Assembly (NCBI GenBank): GCA_013239625.1 | Contig: MU054323.1 | Span: 11,615,815-11,677,814 of the forward strand | Source: Lama guanicoe | Taxonomy: Eukaryota | DNA: 62,000 nt | Direction of reading: 5' to 3' | In this document: positions 1 to 12,249 of the stretch, piece after piece | How positions within the stretch are numbered: the stretch's first letter is position 1 | How the letters are laid out: each line of letters begins with the position of its first letter | The notes under the pieces: model-generated | The model's database searches: none | What the model saw: only the letters and a program-made list of their open reading frames with translations | What the model was told of the DNA's origin: nothing | Translations under genes and position numbers: made by a program

Positions 1-504
1 GCTAGAGGAATCTGGGATTCATCTCACTGTGAGTGCCAGAGAAGGCTCTCACTGAGCTGGTGTTTATGACTCACTTCATGTAAATAGATCTATTTAGACT
101 TACCTGTTTCTAAAAGAGAGAAATCTTGTCCCTCCCTCATGTAAAGGCTACCTCCTTGGGACCCATCATGTTTCACCCCTAACTTGGAACATCCCAAAGT
201 GGAACAAAGTCTGCTTACTGAACAAAGTAAATCATTTCCCCATGATTTCTAAGGGTTCTTCATGCATCAGGCTGCCATGAAGTTTTGCCAAAAAGGTCTT
301 CAGATGCTTCCCAGCCTCAGGAAGACAAAGCAAATGCATGAACAAACAATAAAGAGAGTGGGTCTTTAAAGTGTTTTTTAAGAAAGGAGTGTGATCATAT
401 AGAAAAGAACAGTGGTTCATCAGCTGAAAGTAAAAGAGAGATGAGACTTCTGAACAGATGGAGGAGTATGAGCAGAGGCAAAAGTTCAAAATGCTTTTGG
501 AGTC

Positions 505-592
505 ATAGATAATGGACTATGGAGCTAGTCTGCCTGGCTTTGAACCCCAGTTCTGCCATTCCCTAGCAGTGTGGTCTTGGGCCACTTATCCA
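505..592 (+). mobile_element. MIR SINE fragment
   Basis: ggactatggag..tttgaaccccagttctgccatt..gtgtggtcttgggccactta, the MIR 5' part. Confidence 0.65.
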
Positions 593-1313
593 GAAAGAGC
601 AAGACATTTCTGATTCTGAAGTAGAGAAACATTTAGGGGTGAGATGGGGTGGGTGGGAGGCTGTGGTGATTCTCAAATTGTAGGTTGGTCTGGACTATAT
701 AGAATTCTCCATGAGTCTGGCCTTTAGATGGGGGAAATTGGGAGCTAGAGTAGATTTTTCAGTTGAGCATTTCAAGGTCAAAAAAATTATTTTTGATCAT
801 TTCTTCATGACTCCCCAGGGGTTTTCCTACCTGGCAGGGATTTCTGTGAAGCATTTGAAGAATGCCTGTGAGTGAAATCAGCCACAGAGAGATGGCAAGA
901 GAAACATATATCTGACATGGACTGAATCACATATCCCCTCACAGCAGAGTGGAAATCAGGAAAGGAGGGGTACCCCAGGGTGAGGGTAAGGGGCACCAAG
1001 CCAAATGCTTGTGCAGTTTCTGTATTTCAGGTCCAGGAATTTCTGATATATCTGCTCTCCCTCTGTGCTTTCAACCTATAAAAACTGCCTCTTTGATCTA
1101 AAAGAAAAAATGGATTCAGCCTCTAGGTTAATGCTAAGTATGTCAGAGAGGCTGCATGACTTAAGCATGAACAGAGAATGAGGCATTGGGAGAAGCAGCT
1201 GTGGAATACACAATCCATTTCACTTCCATGAATCACAGTGTTCTCATCTATAACATGGGGGATGTAACCCCTGTCCACAAGGAGGGGACACAGGAGGTCA
1301 CACAAGGCAAGTC

Positions 1314-1805
1314 TGTCTGTCAGGTGTCAGTTGCCACATGAGTGATGCTTAACAAAACCCTCAAAACCACAGCGACATACAACAGTAAACACTGCATTAG
1401 CTTATGAGTCTGTGGGGTCCAGTAGATCTGGGCATGGCTGCTCCTGGCTGTGCTTGCTTCTGTGACTGTGGTCAGCTGCAGGTCACAGCTGAATGGCTCT
1501 TCTATGAATGGGCTGGGCTCATTCCTAATCCTGGGAGTTGGCTAGCTGTTGCTGATCTAGGATGGCCTTGGGACAACTGGGATGCCTTGACTCTGTTCCA
1601 AGGGCATGTTCTTCTAAAGGTGATGGCATAGGGCAAGGATGAAAGGAAACATGCAAGCCTCTGCTTATGTCACACCTTCTAACAACCCATCAGCCCAAGC
1701 AAATCACACGGTTAAGCCCAGTGTGCAAAGTTACAAAGGCATAAGATGAGGACGCTGGGAGTGGTGAAGAATTGAGGACTTTTTTTTTTTTTTGCCATCC
1801 ACCAT
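1314..1805 (-). mobile_element. MaLR solo LTR (MLT1-type)
   Basis: Typical MLT1 ends (cagttgccaca..taacaaaaccctcaaaac; gggagtggtgaagaattgagg..tttgccatccacca). Confidence 0.65.
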
Positions 1806-2649
1806 GGCCTCTATAAACTGTAAGCTATGCAAATAAATGTAAGGTAATATTACTATCCAAACGCAATTTAATCAGTGTGTGCTTGCTGAATTGATTTACA
1901 CGGCCATTGGCCTGTCTCAGTCCTGATTACTTCCACAAGTTTTTCCATTTGCCCCATAGTTTTTCATAGCTAAAATAAAACTCGATTTAAAAACTATCTG
2001 CAAATTTCTCTTGGACAGCTGAAGCTCTCTGCTTTCTTTCCGTCTGATATTATAGTGTGTGTATGTGCATGTGTGTGGGTGGTGGGGGTTAGTGGGTGTT
2101 AGTGGTGATTTTCTGTTTCCATTTAGCTTAAGTCATCAGCGATAACTTTAACTTGGCAGTTTCATCAGGGCTCTTTCTAAATGTGCTGACATTTCAATTA
2201 AATGTCGGTGGCATCATTCTGTTTACCAGCTGGAAGATTTGTAATGGGGAATATTGGTTGTGCCAGAGACTAGAGATTTCATTTGGCGAAATACCAGCCA
2301 ATGTCTTTGTCTCTACTATACCCTGGGGGTCCTCAGCACGTGCGTTTTGACAGACCGATTGATTCTTCAGCATGTCCCCGGTGCTCTAGGTCAGGAATTT
2401 CAAACTGTTCCCTGAATCCTAATGGGGGTGCTTCAGGGGTTAGGTTATTTATTTATTTATTTTTCTTAGAATATGGAACAGGACTTCTCTGCTCTCTGAG
2501 TTTGATTTAAAAATAGCCTAAGTTTGCAGGGCAGGCAATTAAAAAGTTATTCTTTACAAATATGTATTTATATATCTGAGGCATTTCATTGGGAGCAGCA
2601 AAATAAAACACTTATTCTAATCCTGGATGATGGAGGTAGGATGCCTGGG

Positions 2650-3293
2650 TTTTTTTTTAAACACTTTTATTGTAGTATGATTCCTGCAGAGTAAACCATA
2701 CACATTATAGATGTACAATTTGATGAATTTTGATAAATGTATATACCAATGAAACCATCACCACAATCAAGATAGCTAACATTTCCATAACTCCCCAAGA
2801 GGTACAAATTTCTATTTCCAATTTATCCCTTTCCACCCCCTTTACCCCCTGGTAACCGTACATTTGTTCTCTACGTCTGTGAGTCTGTTTCTATTTTGTA
2901 GATAAGTTCATCTGTGTCCTTTTTTAAAGATTCCATATATAAACAATATGATATAGTATTTTTCTTTCTCTTTCTGGCTTCCTTCACTTAGAATGATGAT
3001 CTCCGGGTCCATCCATGTTGCTGCAAATGGCATTATTTTATTCTTTTTTTATGGCTGAGTAGTATTGCATTGTATAAATGCACCACAACTTTATCCAGTC
3101 ATCTGTTGCTAGACATTTGGGTTGTTTTCATGTCTTGGCTATTGTAAATAGTGCTGCTGTGAACACTAGGGTGCATGTGTCTTTTCGAATTAGAGTTCCC
3201 TCCAGATAAATGCCCGGGAGTGGGATTGCTGGATCACATGGTAAATGTATTATTAGTTTTCTAAGGAACCTTCATACTCTCCTCCATAGTGGC
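2650..3293 (-). mobile_element. L1 3' end fragment(s) inserted into a MIR
   Basis: Poly-T start, L1 3'UTR motifs and ORF2 end (catccatgttgctgcaaatgg, gggagtgggattgctggatca). Confidence 0.85.
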
Positions 3294-3294
3294 T

Positions 3295-3490
3295 TAGGCT
3301 ACCCAGATTTGAACCCCAGCTCTGGCCACTCACGAGCTGTGTGATCTTGGGCCATTTAACCAGGTCCCTGGGTCTCCAGGTCTCCATTTCCTCGTCTGGG
3401 AATAATGATATAATCTATTACAGTTCTGAAGCTTAAATGAGTTAAAAGGTTTGAACCACTCAGAGCAGTGCTGAAGTGTTAGCTATTATG
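3295..3490 (+). mobile_element. MIR SINE
   Basis: tttgaaccccagctctggccactcacgagctgtgtgatcttgggc..ttaaatgagttaa..gtgttagctatt. Confidence 0.75.
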
Positions 3491-4377
3491 CATTATTAAT
3501 AAAATACAACCAAAATAAAATACAGATCTAAATCAGATGCTAAAGCTGATATAAAAATGCAACTGTCATCAAGGTTCCTGATTTAATCTTATTGGTTAAT
3601 CAAAGCAAACCCCCACTGATTGACTTTATAAAAATAAGTATTAGTAACCAGAAATTATAAAATAAACACATACGTTCCAGATGAGATTTCATTTGGGGAA
3701 AAAATGTTCTGCTGCTTAGAAATTTTGAAAGTCACTGTTCTTGGCCATCTCACATGATTCTGAGTTAGGCGTTTAATTTAAAAAAGCAAATCAGATAAGG
3801 AGGCAGTTCCCAACCTGTGTGGCTGGGGAGGACAGATTTCAGGTTGAGTGCTTGAGCATCACGGTGCAGAGCTGGAATCATTCCACAGTGGTTTCCACTA
3901 GCATACCCAGCTGAACCAAACAATTTGTACGAACATTTGGTGACAATAATCTTCTATGGAAATACATAGTAGTAATTGCCTTGTTCATTGACCACAGTCT
4001 GGAAATGGTGCTTTAAATGGTTGCAAAAGCATGAGAAGCCCTGAAGGCATGTGTGGCTGTTACCATCACTGCTGTGAGGCAGTTCTAATATTCTGGTTCA
4101 GCAGAATCCACAAATACAGCAGGACTACAGGGGGAGCCATGGCAGGTCCCTGCCTCTCCACAGCTGCCACGGTGTGGACAGACTCCTGCAAGTCAGCTTG
4201 ACTCAGGTTAAGGAAGAGCCTGGTGGGCCAGCAAGTCAAACAGCAGTGGCTGGCCCCCTCTTCAGCCGGTGCCACAGAGAAGACACCTTTACTCTCCCTC
4301 TGCTTGGGGAAAGCCCTGAATGGTGTTGCTTCCTCGCCGATGGAGCAGCAGGGTGATACTCTACTGGGAGGGCTACC

Positions 4378-4445
4378 AGGTACCACTTGTACTCAGCATA
4401 GCTCCTACAGTAGGTACCACTTGTGCTCAGCATAGCTCCTACAGT
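4378..4445. repeat. 34-bp tandem duplication (2 copies, 1 mismatch)
   Basis: aggtaccacttgt[a/g]ctcagcatagctcctacagt at 4378-4411 and 4412-4445. Confidence 0.95.
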
Positions 4446-6104
4446 AGACAGAATCCTACCCATTTTACAGATGCGCACCCTGAAGTGTCAGTGACCCAGC
4501 TGGGCCTTGAACTAATGTTTCTGACTCTAAGTCCATCATGGGTTTTATTCTCTCAGGTGCCCTCAGGGACTGCTTCAACTTGGAGTTGGCAAGTGCTGGA
4601 AACCTTAACTTAGAAATGAATGCAAAGCTGGATTAAGCTGCATTATCACTGTTTTTGGTTGTTATTACCACAAACGGGTCCAATTCTGCCATGTCTGGTT
4701 TTGCTCAATGCTGTCTAAGCCCAGGATGCCCCATGAGATGGCACCTACCCCTCGTTTAGCTATTTCCGTTGTGAGGGCCAAATGCTCCTACTTCCATTTT
4801 AGTGGCTTTAGACTAATCAAAAGAATTGAAATACTTTTTTCTTAACATTTCTGTTATGGTTGACCATGTACATTGTTTTTACTTTCTATTATAACACTGT
4901 AATGAGCATCTTTGTGTTTAATGCCAAAAGATATCTGTAAGTATACAGGAATATAATTTGTTTTTTAATCATAGAAAGGAAAACAGCTCAATGCTGAGAG
5001 TGTAGAAGGAATGCAAACGTTGGGCTTTGCTTGGCCACCTCCCTTGACTGAGTGGGGATGGGGTGATGGTGCACAGGTTGGTACCAAATTGTGGAAGGGG
5101 ACTGAATGGCAAATGAAGGTATTTTGACTTTTTTTAAATGGGAAAAGGGTACTGCTAAAGAGGAAAATAGGGTGAAATGTGCAAGCTGAGTGTGGGACTA
5201 TAAATCTGAGGTCAAGGAATAGAATTGAATGGAGCATAAAGACAAGAGGTCAGGCCCTGACTGCTGAAGTTCTTATAGCTCTCTGGGTCTCCACTCCCTT
5301 GTCCATGAAATGATTAAAAGCTTAAGGTACATAGGAAGGGTCCCAGCCTCAGAGCCAGATATATCTTGATAAAAATGCTAGCACAGCTACTTACCCAAAT
5401 GCAAAATGGGGGGGGGATTTTACACATCCTATACCATTATGGTGTAGAGAACAGAGTCCAATGGTTGCACAAGCTTGGATAAGTAGTAACTGATTCATCC
5501 CATCAATTTTACAGACTAGAGGCTGCCTAAACTGTTTTCCAGCTCAAATGTGCCATGGTTTTATTCCATGATGAGAAAATAATTTAGAAGAATAAGGACT
5601 TGGAAATTAAATCACTGGTTAATGGATTCATGGTTTAATTTATTTAAAAAAAATCCTCTCCAGGCAACAACCCAAAGGAAAATAATAGTTATTAGTAAAG
5701 ATCCTAACATTTCACCGAGAAAAAATAACGTTGACTAGAGAGGTTTTTTTTTAAAAGTGTGTTTTAATTCACATCACTTGCTGCTGTCCAGGCCTCACAG
5801 GCCAGTTCTCCCAGCTCCCAGGAGAGGAATGGAATGACATGAGGAATACACCTTGAAATTCTTGGATGAGAAAAAAGGATTAAAAATCAATAGTCTTTCT
5901 GCTTCAACTCTTCCAATTTTGTTTTCATCTCCCTTCTGTTGAAAGAAGCCCAGCTACTAAAGAATAACTGGTGTATCTGGGGGACCTGAGGTGTTTTGCC
6001 AAGGATCTAGGAAAGTTTCTCTAAGTGTCATCACTAACCACAAACTTCCACTGCATCAAGATTGGGCGTGGTTGTGGTGCTGGGCCTTGGGGAAGGGGAA
6101 ATGC

Positions 6105-6240
6105 TAGAGACGTGCTATCCGACATGGTGGCCGCTAGCCACCAGGATGAAAAACTCAGCTCCTCAGTCATCCTAGCCACATTGCACATATTCCACAGCCA
6201 CGTGTGGCTAGTGGCTACTATATAAGACAATGCAGCTACA
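6105..6240. mobile_element. hAT-Charlie DNA transposon remnant (MER3-like)
   Basis: gtgctatcc..gctagccac..ctagccacattgca..agccacgtgtggctagtggctac..gacaatgcag with terminal inverted motifs. Confidence 0.65.
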
Positions 6241-7934
6241 GAATATAGCACTGCCCCACATACTAATTTGCTAATCCAGAATCCATGTGTCCAGCTATAA
6301 AAGAGCACAGGGAGTAGTAGAGATTGTCTAGTCCCACCCCAGACCAGCCTAGGAGGCAGAAGACCTAGTTCCCGCCCCAGCTCTGCCATAACCCACATAC
6401 AGCCTTGATCTATCAACTAGGGAATCACATGCCTTGATTTACTCATCTGTAAAATGGGGTTAATCACTCATTTAATCTGTGGGCTACTTACTTTTGGAAT
6501 ATCTATGAAGATTAGGCACTGTGCTACTGATTGTGACACGAAGAGAGGTTCTACTGAATTTCTAGCAGCACCCCCCAGGGCTGATCGAAACATACTGATG
6601 TGTCACAACCCTGCCGGTGAGGACCACCCAGATAAAGTGCCCTGCGTGGCTTCCACCAGGCCCAGCACAGAGAAGGGACACAGTGTGCTGTGGTCTTAGA
6701 AACCACTGAGATAAAGTGGTCTTTTCAGAGAATTCCTTTCAGGCTCTCCCTTCACATTTTGCTGGTCTTTTCACATTCTTGCAAGCTGAAATTGGCTTAG
6801 GGAAGACACACAGCAGGCATACAGAAGCTGTGTATGTGGCCAAGATGTGGCCTTAACCTCAGGTCACCTCCCTACCTTCCCATTCCTGCCCAGCGAGTTT
6901 ACAGGCTTCAGGAACCAATGGAAAGAAGCAGCCACATGGGCCCCCACCTGGCTCAGATGAGCCTGGAGTATCTGCTCCAGAGGGAGAAGCTGGAGGAACT
7001 GTCTACACATTTCATCCTGGCCCGACAGCATCTTAGCCATAAAGCATCTATCCTTAAGATGCCATCTTAGCCATCTCCTGTTTATGGGCCAGAGGTGTGG
7101 AGGTGGATGAAAGAAGTGAAGCCCAGACAGGAGAGAAGATCCACTTACACTCAGAGTCCTCAGAATTGCTGTTACTCAGGCCTTCTATGGTACCCAGTGT
7201 GAGGACCACACCCCAGGTGTCTGGCCCTCCCTGCCCACATCCATGCTGTCTCCATCGTGTGTCTGTCCAGGTAAGGACACCTCAGTCCCGCAGCCTTGTG
7301 CTTCCAGAGGAGTGTTCTGGGCTAGAGGAGAGGAGACCCAAGGAGATCCATCTCAGCCCTCCCATTAACCTATCTGTGTGATCTCGGGCAAGGCAACCAA
7401 CCTCTCAGGTGCATGCATCAATAAAATGACCATGATGCCTCTCTTGTGTGTGTGTCTGTATGCTTTAATGGGAACCAGAATTTGAAAGCTAAAAGGAAAG
7501 ACTCTGTACAAATTAAAGCCCCAGGCAAAGGTGTTGCTATTTTGTGATGTGCTCTGGAGAAGCACTGGCAATGCCTGGGGTCATATCCCATGTAAGGGAT
7601 CTGAAGCTTCAGGACCATGGAGATAAAGCAAAGAGCTAGGACAAGGCTCTCAAGCTCTTCCTCTATTGCTCATCTGAAGCCTGCTCTGGTGCCCCAGCTT
7701 TCTTCCCAAGCCCTCTCTAACCACACAATCACTGGGACAATCGGATCCGCACTTTCTCCTGTGATCAAAAGCTGGAAGCTCTTCTTCATGAGTCAACTCT
7801 GCTTCTACCCATGTGCCCTTGTTTTCCCCTATGGTGAACAGTGTTGGTGGCCTTGCCAAATATCAATCCCCCTTTCTTCCTTCCCCACAGAGCCCAGTAC
7901 CTCTCAGGTTGCCCCTGAAATCAGCCATGATTTT

Positions 7935-8380
7935 TTCTCCCATGCAATCTCAGGGGTAGCTGATCGGCAGCAGCTCTGGGTGGGACATGATCTGTCTTAA
8001 CCAACTAGAGTACACCCATCTTCCCGCAAAATTAATCATCCCACGATGATTAATTTAGAAATGAGCAAGTGATCCAGTGCTAGCCAGTGAGCTCTGAGAT
8101 GTGTGCTGAAGGCTTCTAAGAGCTTTCCTCTAAGAAGTCAGCTCTTGCTTTCCTACTGGAAGAGAACAAGCAAGCACATGGCCTATCCTAAGCACACTGG
8201 AGTCACCAAGTTAGGGTAAGGCTGACAAAGTGGAGAGCAGAGTGGAGGGATGGAAAGAACCTGGGACCTGGATCAGATCATTCAGCCCCTGAATCTGAAA
8301 ATCCACCAGCCCTGAAGCCCATCTTCCTCTGCACCTCCAGTTACACACACTAGCAAATGCCCTAGTTATTGAGACCTGTG
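7935..8380 (+). mobile_element. Old ERVL-class LTR remnant (LTR16/LTR33-like)
   Basis: caagtgatccagtgctagccagtgag and gcccctgaatc..ccctgaagccc..cctctgcacctccagttaca motifs. Confidence 0.45.
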
Positions 8381-9365
8381 AGAGTAGGGTGTCCTGATGT
8401 CTGCACCGAATTCCTCCCCCTTGGGCCACGTAGATGGAACACGTCAAATTCACCCTGGAATGTCGGGAGATGGTCCCCGCTCTGCTCCCTTATCTTCTTT
8501 TCTCCCAGGTTTTACTTCTTTGGTTCCTTGAAACATTCCTCGTGTAGAATGGCCGGGAGTAATTCAGCATTTGGGAGGCTCTCTCCTGAGTACCCTCGTA
8601 TTGTTTTAAGTAACTCTGCAACGCCTGATAATAGTTTCTGTTTTCCACATTGAGGCATCTGTGAGGCCAGTAGAAAAGTGAGCACCAGCTGTACACTCTG
8701 CCTCCTGACCTTGCCCCAGGAATCCATGTGCTGCTAGTGGTCGCACGGGGTTTTTCTTTTCTCAGCTTGGCTGAGGCAGCCGAGTTCTTCCAGGCTTCTG
8801 GATAAATAACTCATGTTCTCGTCACTGCGCGTCACAGATAGAGAGTTTTCAGTGGGGTTCAATGTAATTGCTACCATCTATCACTTTAATAGCCTAATGA
8901 AGGTGAGATGTAATTAGAAAGGGTGTCAGTGGAATACGGAGTTTGTTTTACAATTATCTATACAGCCGGGGGGACCATTGGCACAGAACATTGCCTTTTA
9001 AAAGCCCAAGAAACATGTGGCATAAATGTTCATTGCCGAATGACTTAAAGGGACCTGTGGTCAAATTCCACCGGGTTTTCTTGTAGCTCCTTTGAATATG
9101 GATTCAGGTTAGATAGGTGGGCTCTGAAGAAAGCTGCATAAAAAACTGAGTTTTAGTAAATCAAATCCTCATTTTCTATTGAGTTACATTAACATTGTAA
9201 AGCTGTTTCTCTTCTGTCATCTCTTGAGTGTCTTTGGCTGCCCCTTCCTTGATGAGCAGTTAATGATTTCTAAACAAATATTATAATTGCCCTGGACTCA
9301 CTAGTGAAAGGAACTCTGGTAGCATACCATTCCTTTTCTTCAAGTGAAGAATTTCTCCCTGAGGG

Positions 9366-10132
9366 CTTTTTTTTATTGTGGTAAAATATACATAACATCG
9401 AATTTACCATTGTAAACATTCTAAGTGTACAATTCAATGGCAGTAAGTATATTCACAGTGTTGTGCAACTAAGACCATGATCAATTCCAGAACTTTTTTT
9501 TATCATCCCAAACAGAAACCCATCCCAAAATGAAATAACTCCCTTTTCCCAACCTCCCCTCAGTTCCTGGTAGCCTGCATTCCACTTTCTGTCTTTATGA
9601 ATTTGGTTGCTCTAGGTACTTCATATAAGTGGAATCATACAGTACTTCCTCTTCTGTGTTTCGCTTGTTTCACTGAGCATAATGTCCATGAAGTTCATCC
9701 ATATTGTAGCATGTGTTCAAATTTCCTTCCTTTTCAAGGCTGCATAATATTCCATGGTAGGTATATAACAGCTTTTGTTTACCCATTCATCCATCAGTGG
9801 ACACTTGGGTTGCTTCTACGTTTTGGCTATTGTGAATAATACTACATGAACATGGTATGCAAATATCTGTTTCAGTCCCTGCTTTTAATTCTTTTAGGTA
9901 TATACCCCGAAGTGGGATTGCTGGATCACATGGTGATTCTATGTTTCACTTTCTAAGAAACTGCCAGTGTTTTCCACAGTGGCTATGCCATCTTACATTT
10001 TCATCAACAATGCCCAAAAGTTCTAATTTGTCCACATTCTCATCTACACTTTTTATTTTCCAGTTTTAAAAATAATAACCTTCCTAATAGGTATGAAATG
10101 GCATCTTATGTGGTTTTGATTTGCATTTCTCC
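9366..10132 (-). mobile_element. L1MB-type 3' end
   Basis: ttttattgtggtaaaatatacataaca..ctaggtacttcatataagtggaatcatacagta..gtggttttgatttgcatttc. Confidence 0.88.
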
Positions 10133-12249
10133 TTGGAGTTTCAAATATCCAAATCCCACAAGAGGCAATTTCCTGTCTTAGTACCCAATGGTAGCAAGGC
10201 CTCAGAACTGATGCCTCCCAGAGCCTCAGCTGCCTGGGATTTCCACTTGTTTGTAAGAGACAGGATAAAGCACCAGATTATACTCTAGTTGGAAGAGGGG
10301 ACAGAACCTTGAACTTGAGAATAAACAGATACAGCCCCCCTCACTATCTTGTCATTAGGTTGGTCTTAGGCTGATCATTCAGTGCCTCTAAATATCAGTT
10401 TTTCATCTGGAAAATGAGGACACCTTCCTCACAGAATGGTCACAGAGTGTTAAATTTGACAACAATGTGGAAGCAACTGGCACAGTTAAGCACACGTCAG
10501 GCCCTCAGTAAATAGGATCCAACTACAGACTCGTCCATGATTGTGCCTTGGCTTCTACGGGGCTCATTTTGTCCAAAAGTGCCCCATGGGGGCACGCAGA
10601 CTAAATCATGTATTCCTCCCAAATTGCCATCAGCTAGTACAGCCTTGGCCACACGGGACTCCGTTGGCTGGCAAGACTCATTACTTGGACTATACACTTC
10701 TACTGAAGACCAGAAGAGGTAAAGTCATAGAGAGAAGGCTGGCTTCTAAGTCAAGATGGGTGCGGGGGACAATGCAGGGCAAACCACCTCGAGAACATCA
10801 ACAAAACCCTCGACCTGAACCAGAACAATGGTTCCTTCCACATGCAGAGCACCCTATGGCCAACACAGCATTTCTCAGAGACAGTATGGTTATCTCCTCG
10901 AATCCTCACAGTGGCCCCTGAGAAGGGGGTCATTCCCATTCTCATTAAGCAGATGAGCAAATCAAGGCTCCTAGAAGTTTAGGGACTTACCTGAGGTCCA
11001 GGATTCTGGGATCAGTGGGGTCTGGACATGAACCTAGGTCCTTTGATGCCAGGGCCAGGACTAGCTGATGACAGTTCATTCTGAGCTCTTGAATCCAAGC
11101 CCATTCCAGACTCTGGTCTGATAACAGGAAGACAAGCAAGAGAGAACAAGAGCTCTAAGAGGCTTTTCTTTTACCTTCCTCACACCCAGAATGTCAGCAT
11201 CCAGGGAATTTACTGGATGGTCTGTTACATTTATGGATGAAGGCTTGCTGAAGTGGAAATGAGGGTTCTCCCTGGTACTGTCTTCCATCTTCTCCCAAAC
11301 ATTTGACAGAATCAAAACTCAGGCCAGTTTCTCTGGCTCAACTGTGGAACAACCCCCTCCCTTCATCGCCTCCTCTCTCCCTGCCCCCAACCTGGTGGCC
11401 TGGCTGCCTGGGTTTGAGTGTGGTTCATCCCCCAGGAAGAAATCAGCAGCAGACAGAGCCCAGGACGGCTGACCCTTATTTAGAAGATACTGCCAGTGGG
11501 AAGAACATCACCACCAGATAACGATCACTTGCTACTAGATAAATGCCAGGGCTTGTCTCCTGATGGATGCTGTGTGAGAAAATAACAATTACTCATCCTA
11601 GCTTTGTTGGATGGCTGTGGCTCTCACCCTTGCCAAGGGGCACAGGCACCCTATTGGGACTGAGCCACAGGGGACCAAGAGCAGCCTCAGCTTCATACCC
11701 AGTGCCCAAACCAGGAGGCAGGAGATCCTAAATCAGCAACAGGGAGGGAAAGAGGAGGCTCCATACCCAAACTGCTGTGACTCTGGGGTGCTTTCTTGAT
11801 CTGACAATGCCTCAGTTTTCCCCACCTGTACTATCATGGTTGTCACTGGCCACCCCAGGCTGTTTTAAGTGTTCGGGAAACACTTGAAACCAACATTAGG
11901 ATGTCACGTGGCGGTTCCAGCACTGGGAAGTACCTACATCAGTTATGTTTTCACGGCTAGGCTGGCAGTAGGGATAGGAGGGTTGGAAGGAGAAAATATG
12001 GGGAGAGAGGGAGGCATGAAACCTGGCCAAGAGGTGATACCCCTCCCTCCCCGCAAGTGTGAAGACACTGGCAATAAAGTGACTCTTACTACAATGCAAA
12101 GCCTAGTTTTCCTTCCTGGGCAAAAGAACACTGAATTTGGAGTCAGATGGTTCTAGATTCAAATCCCAGCTCAGCCACCCATCAGCCGTGTGATTGTGAG
12201 CCAGATGGTTGTGTTGGGTTTCCATTTCCTGATTTTAAAGTGGGAAAAT

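Noticed and set aside
4378..4445. CRISPR-like 34-bp repeat
   Set aside because: Only two directly adjacent copies with no spacer, in a mammalian genome
7568..7846. Protein-like + strand frame (HVRDLKLQDHGDKAKS*DKALKLF..NRIRTFSCDQKLEALLHES)
   Set aside because: Two internal stops, no clear splice sites and no recognisable family; not distinguishable from chance without a homology search
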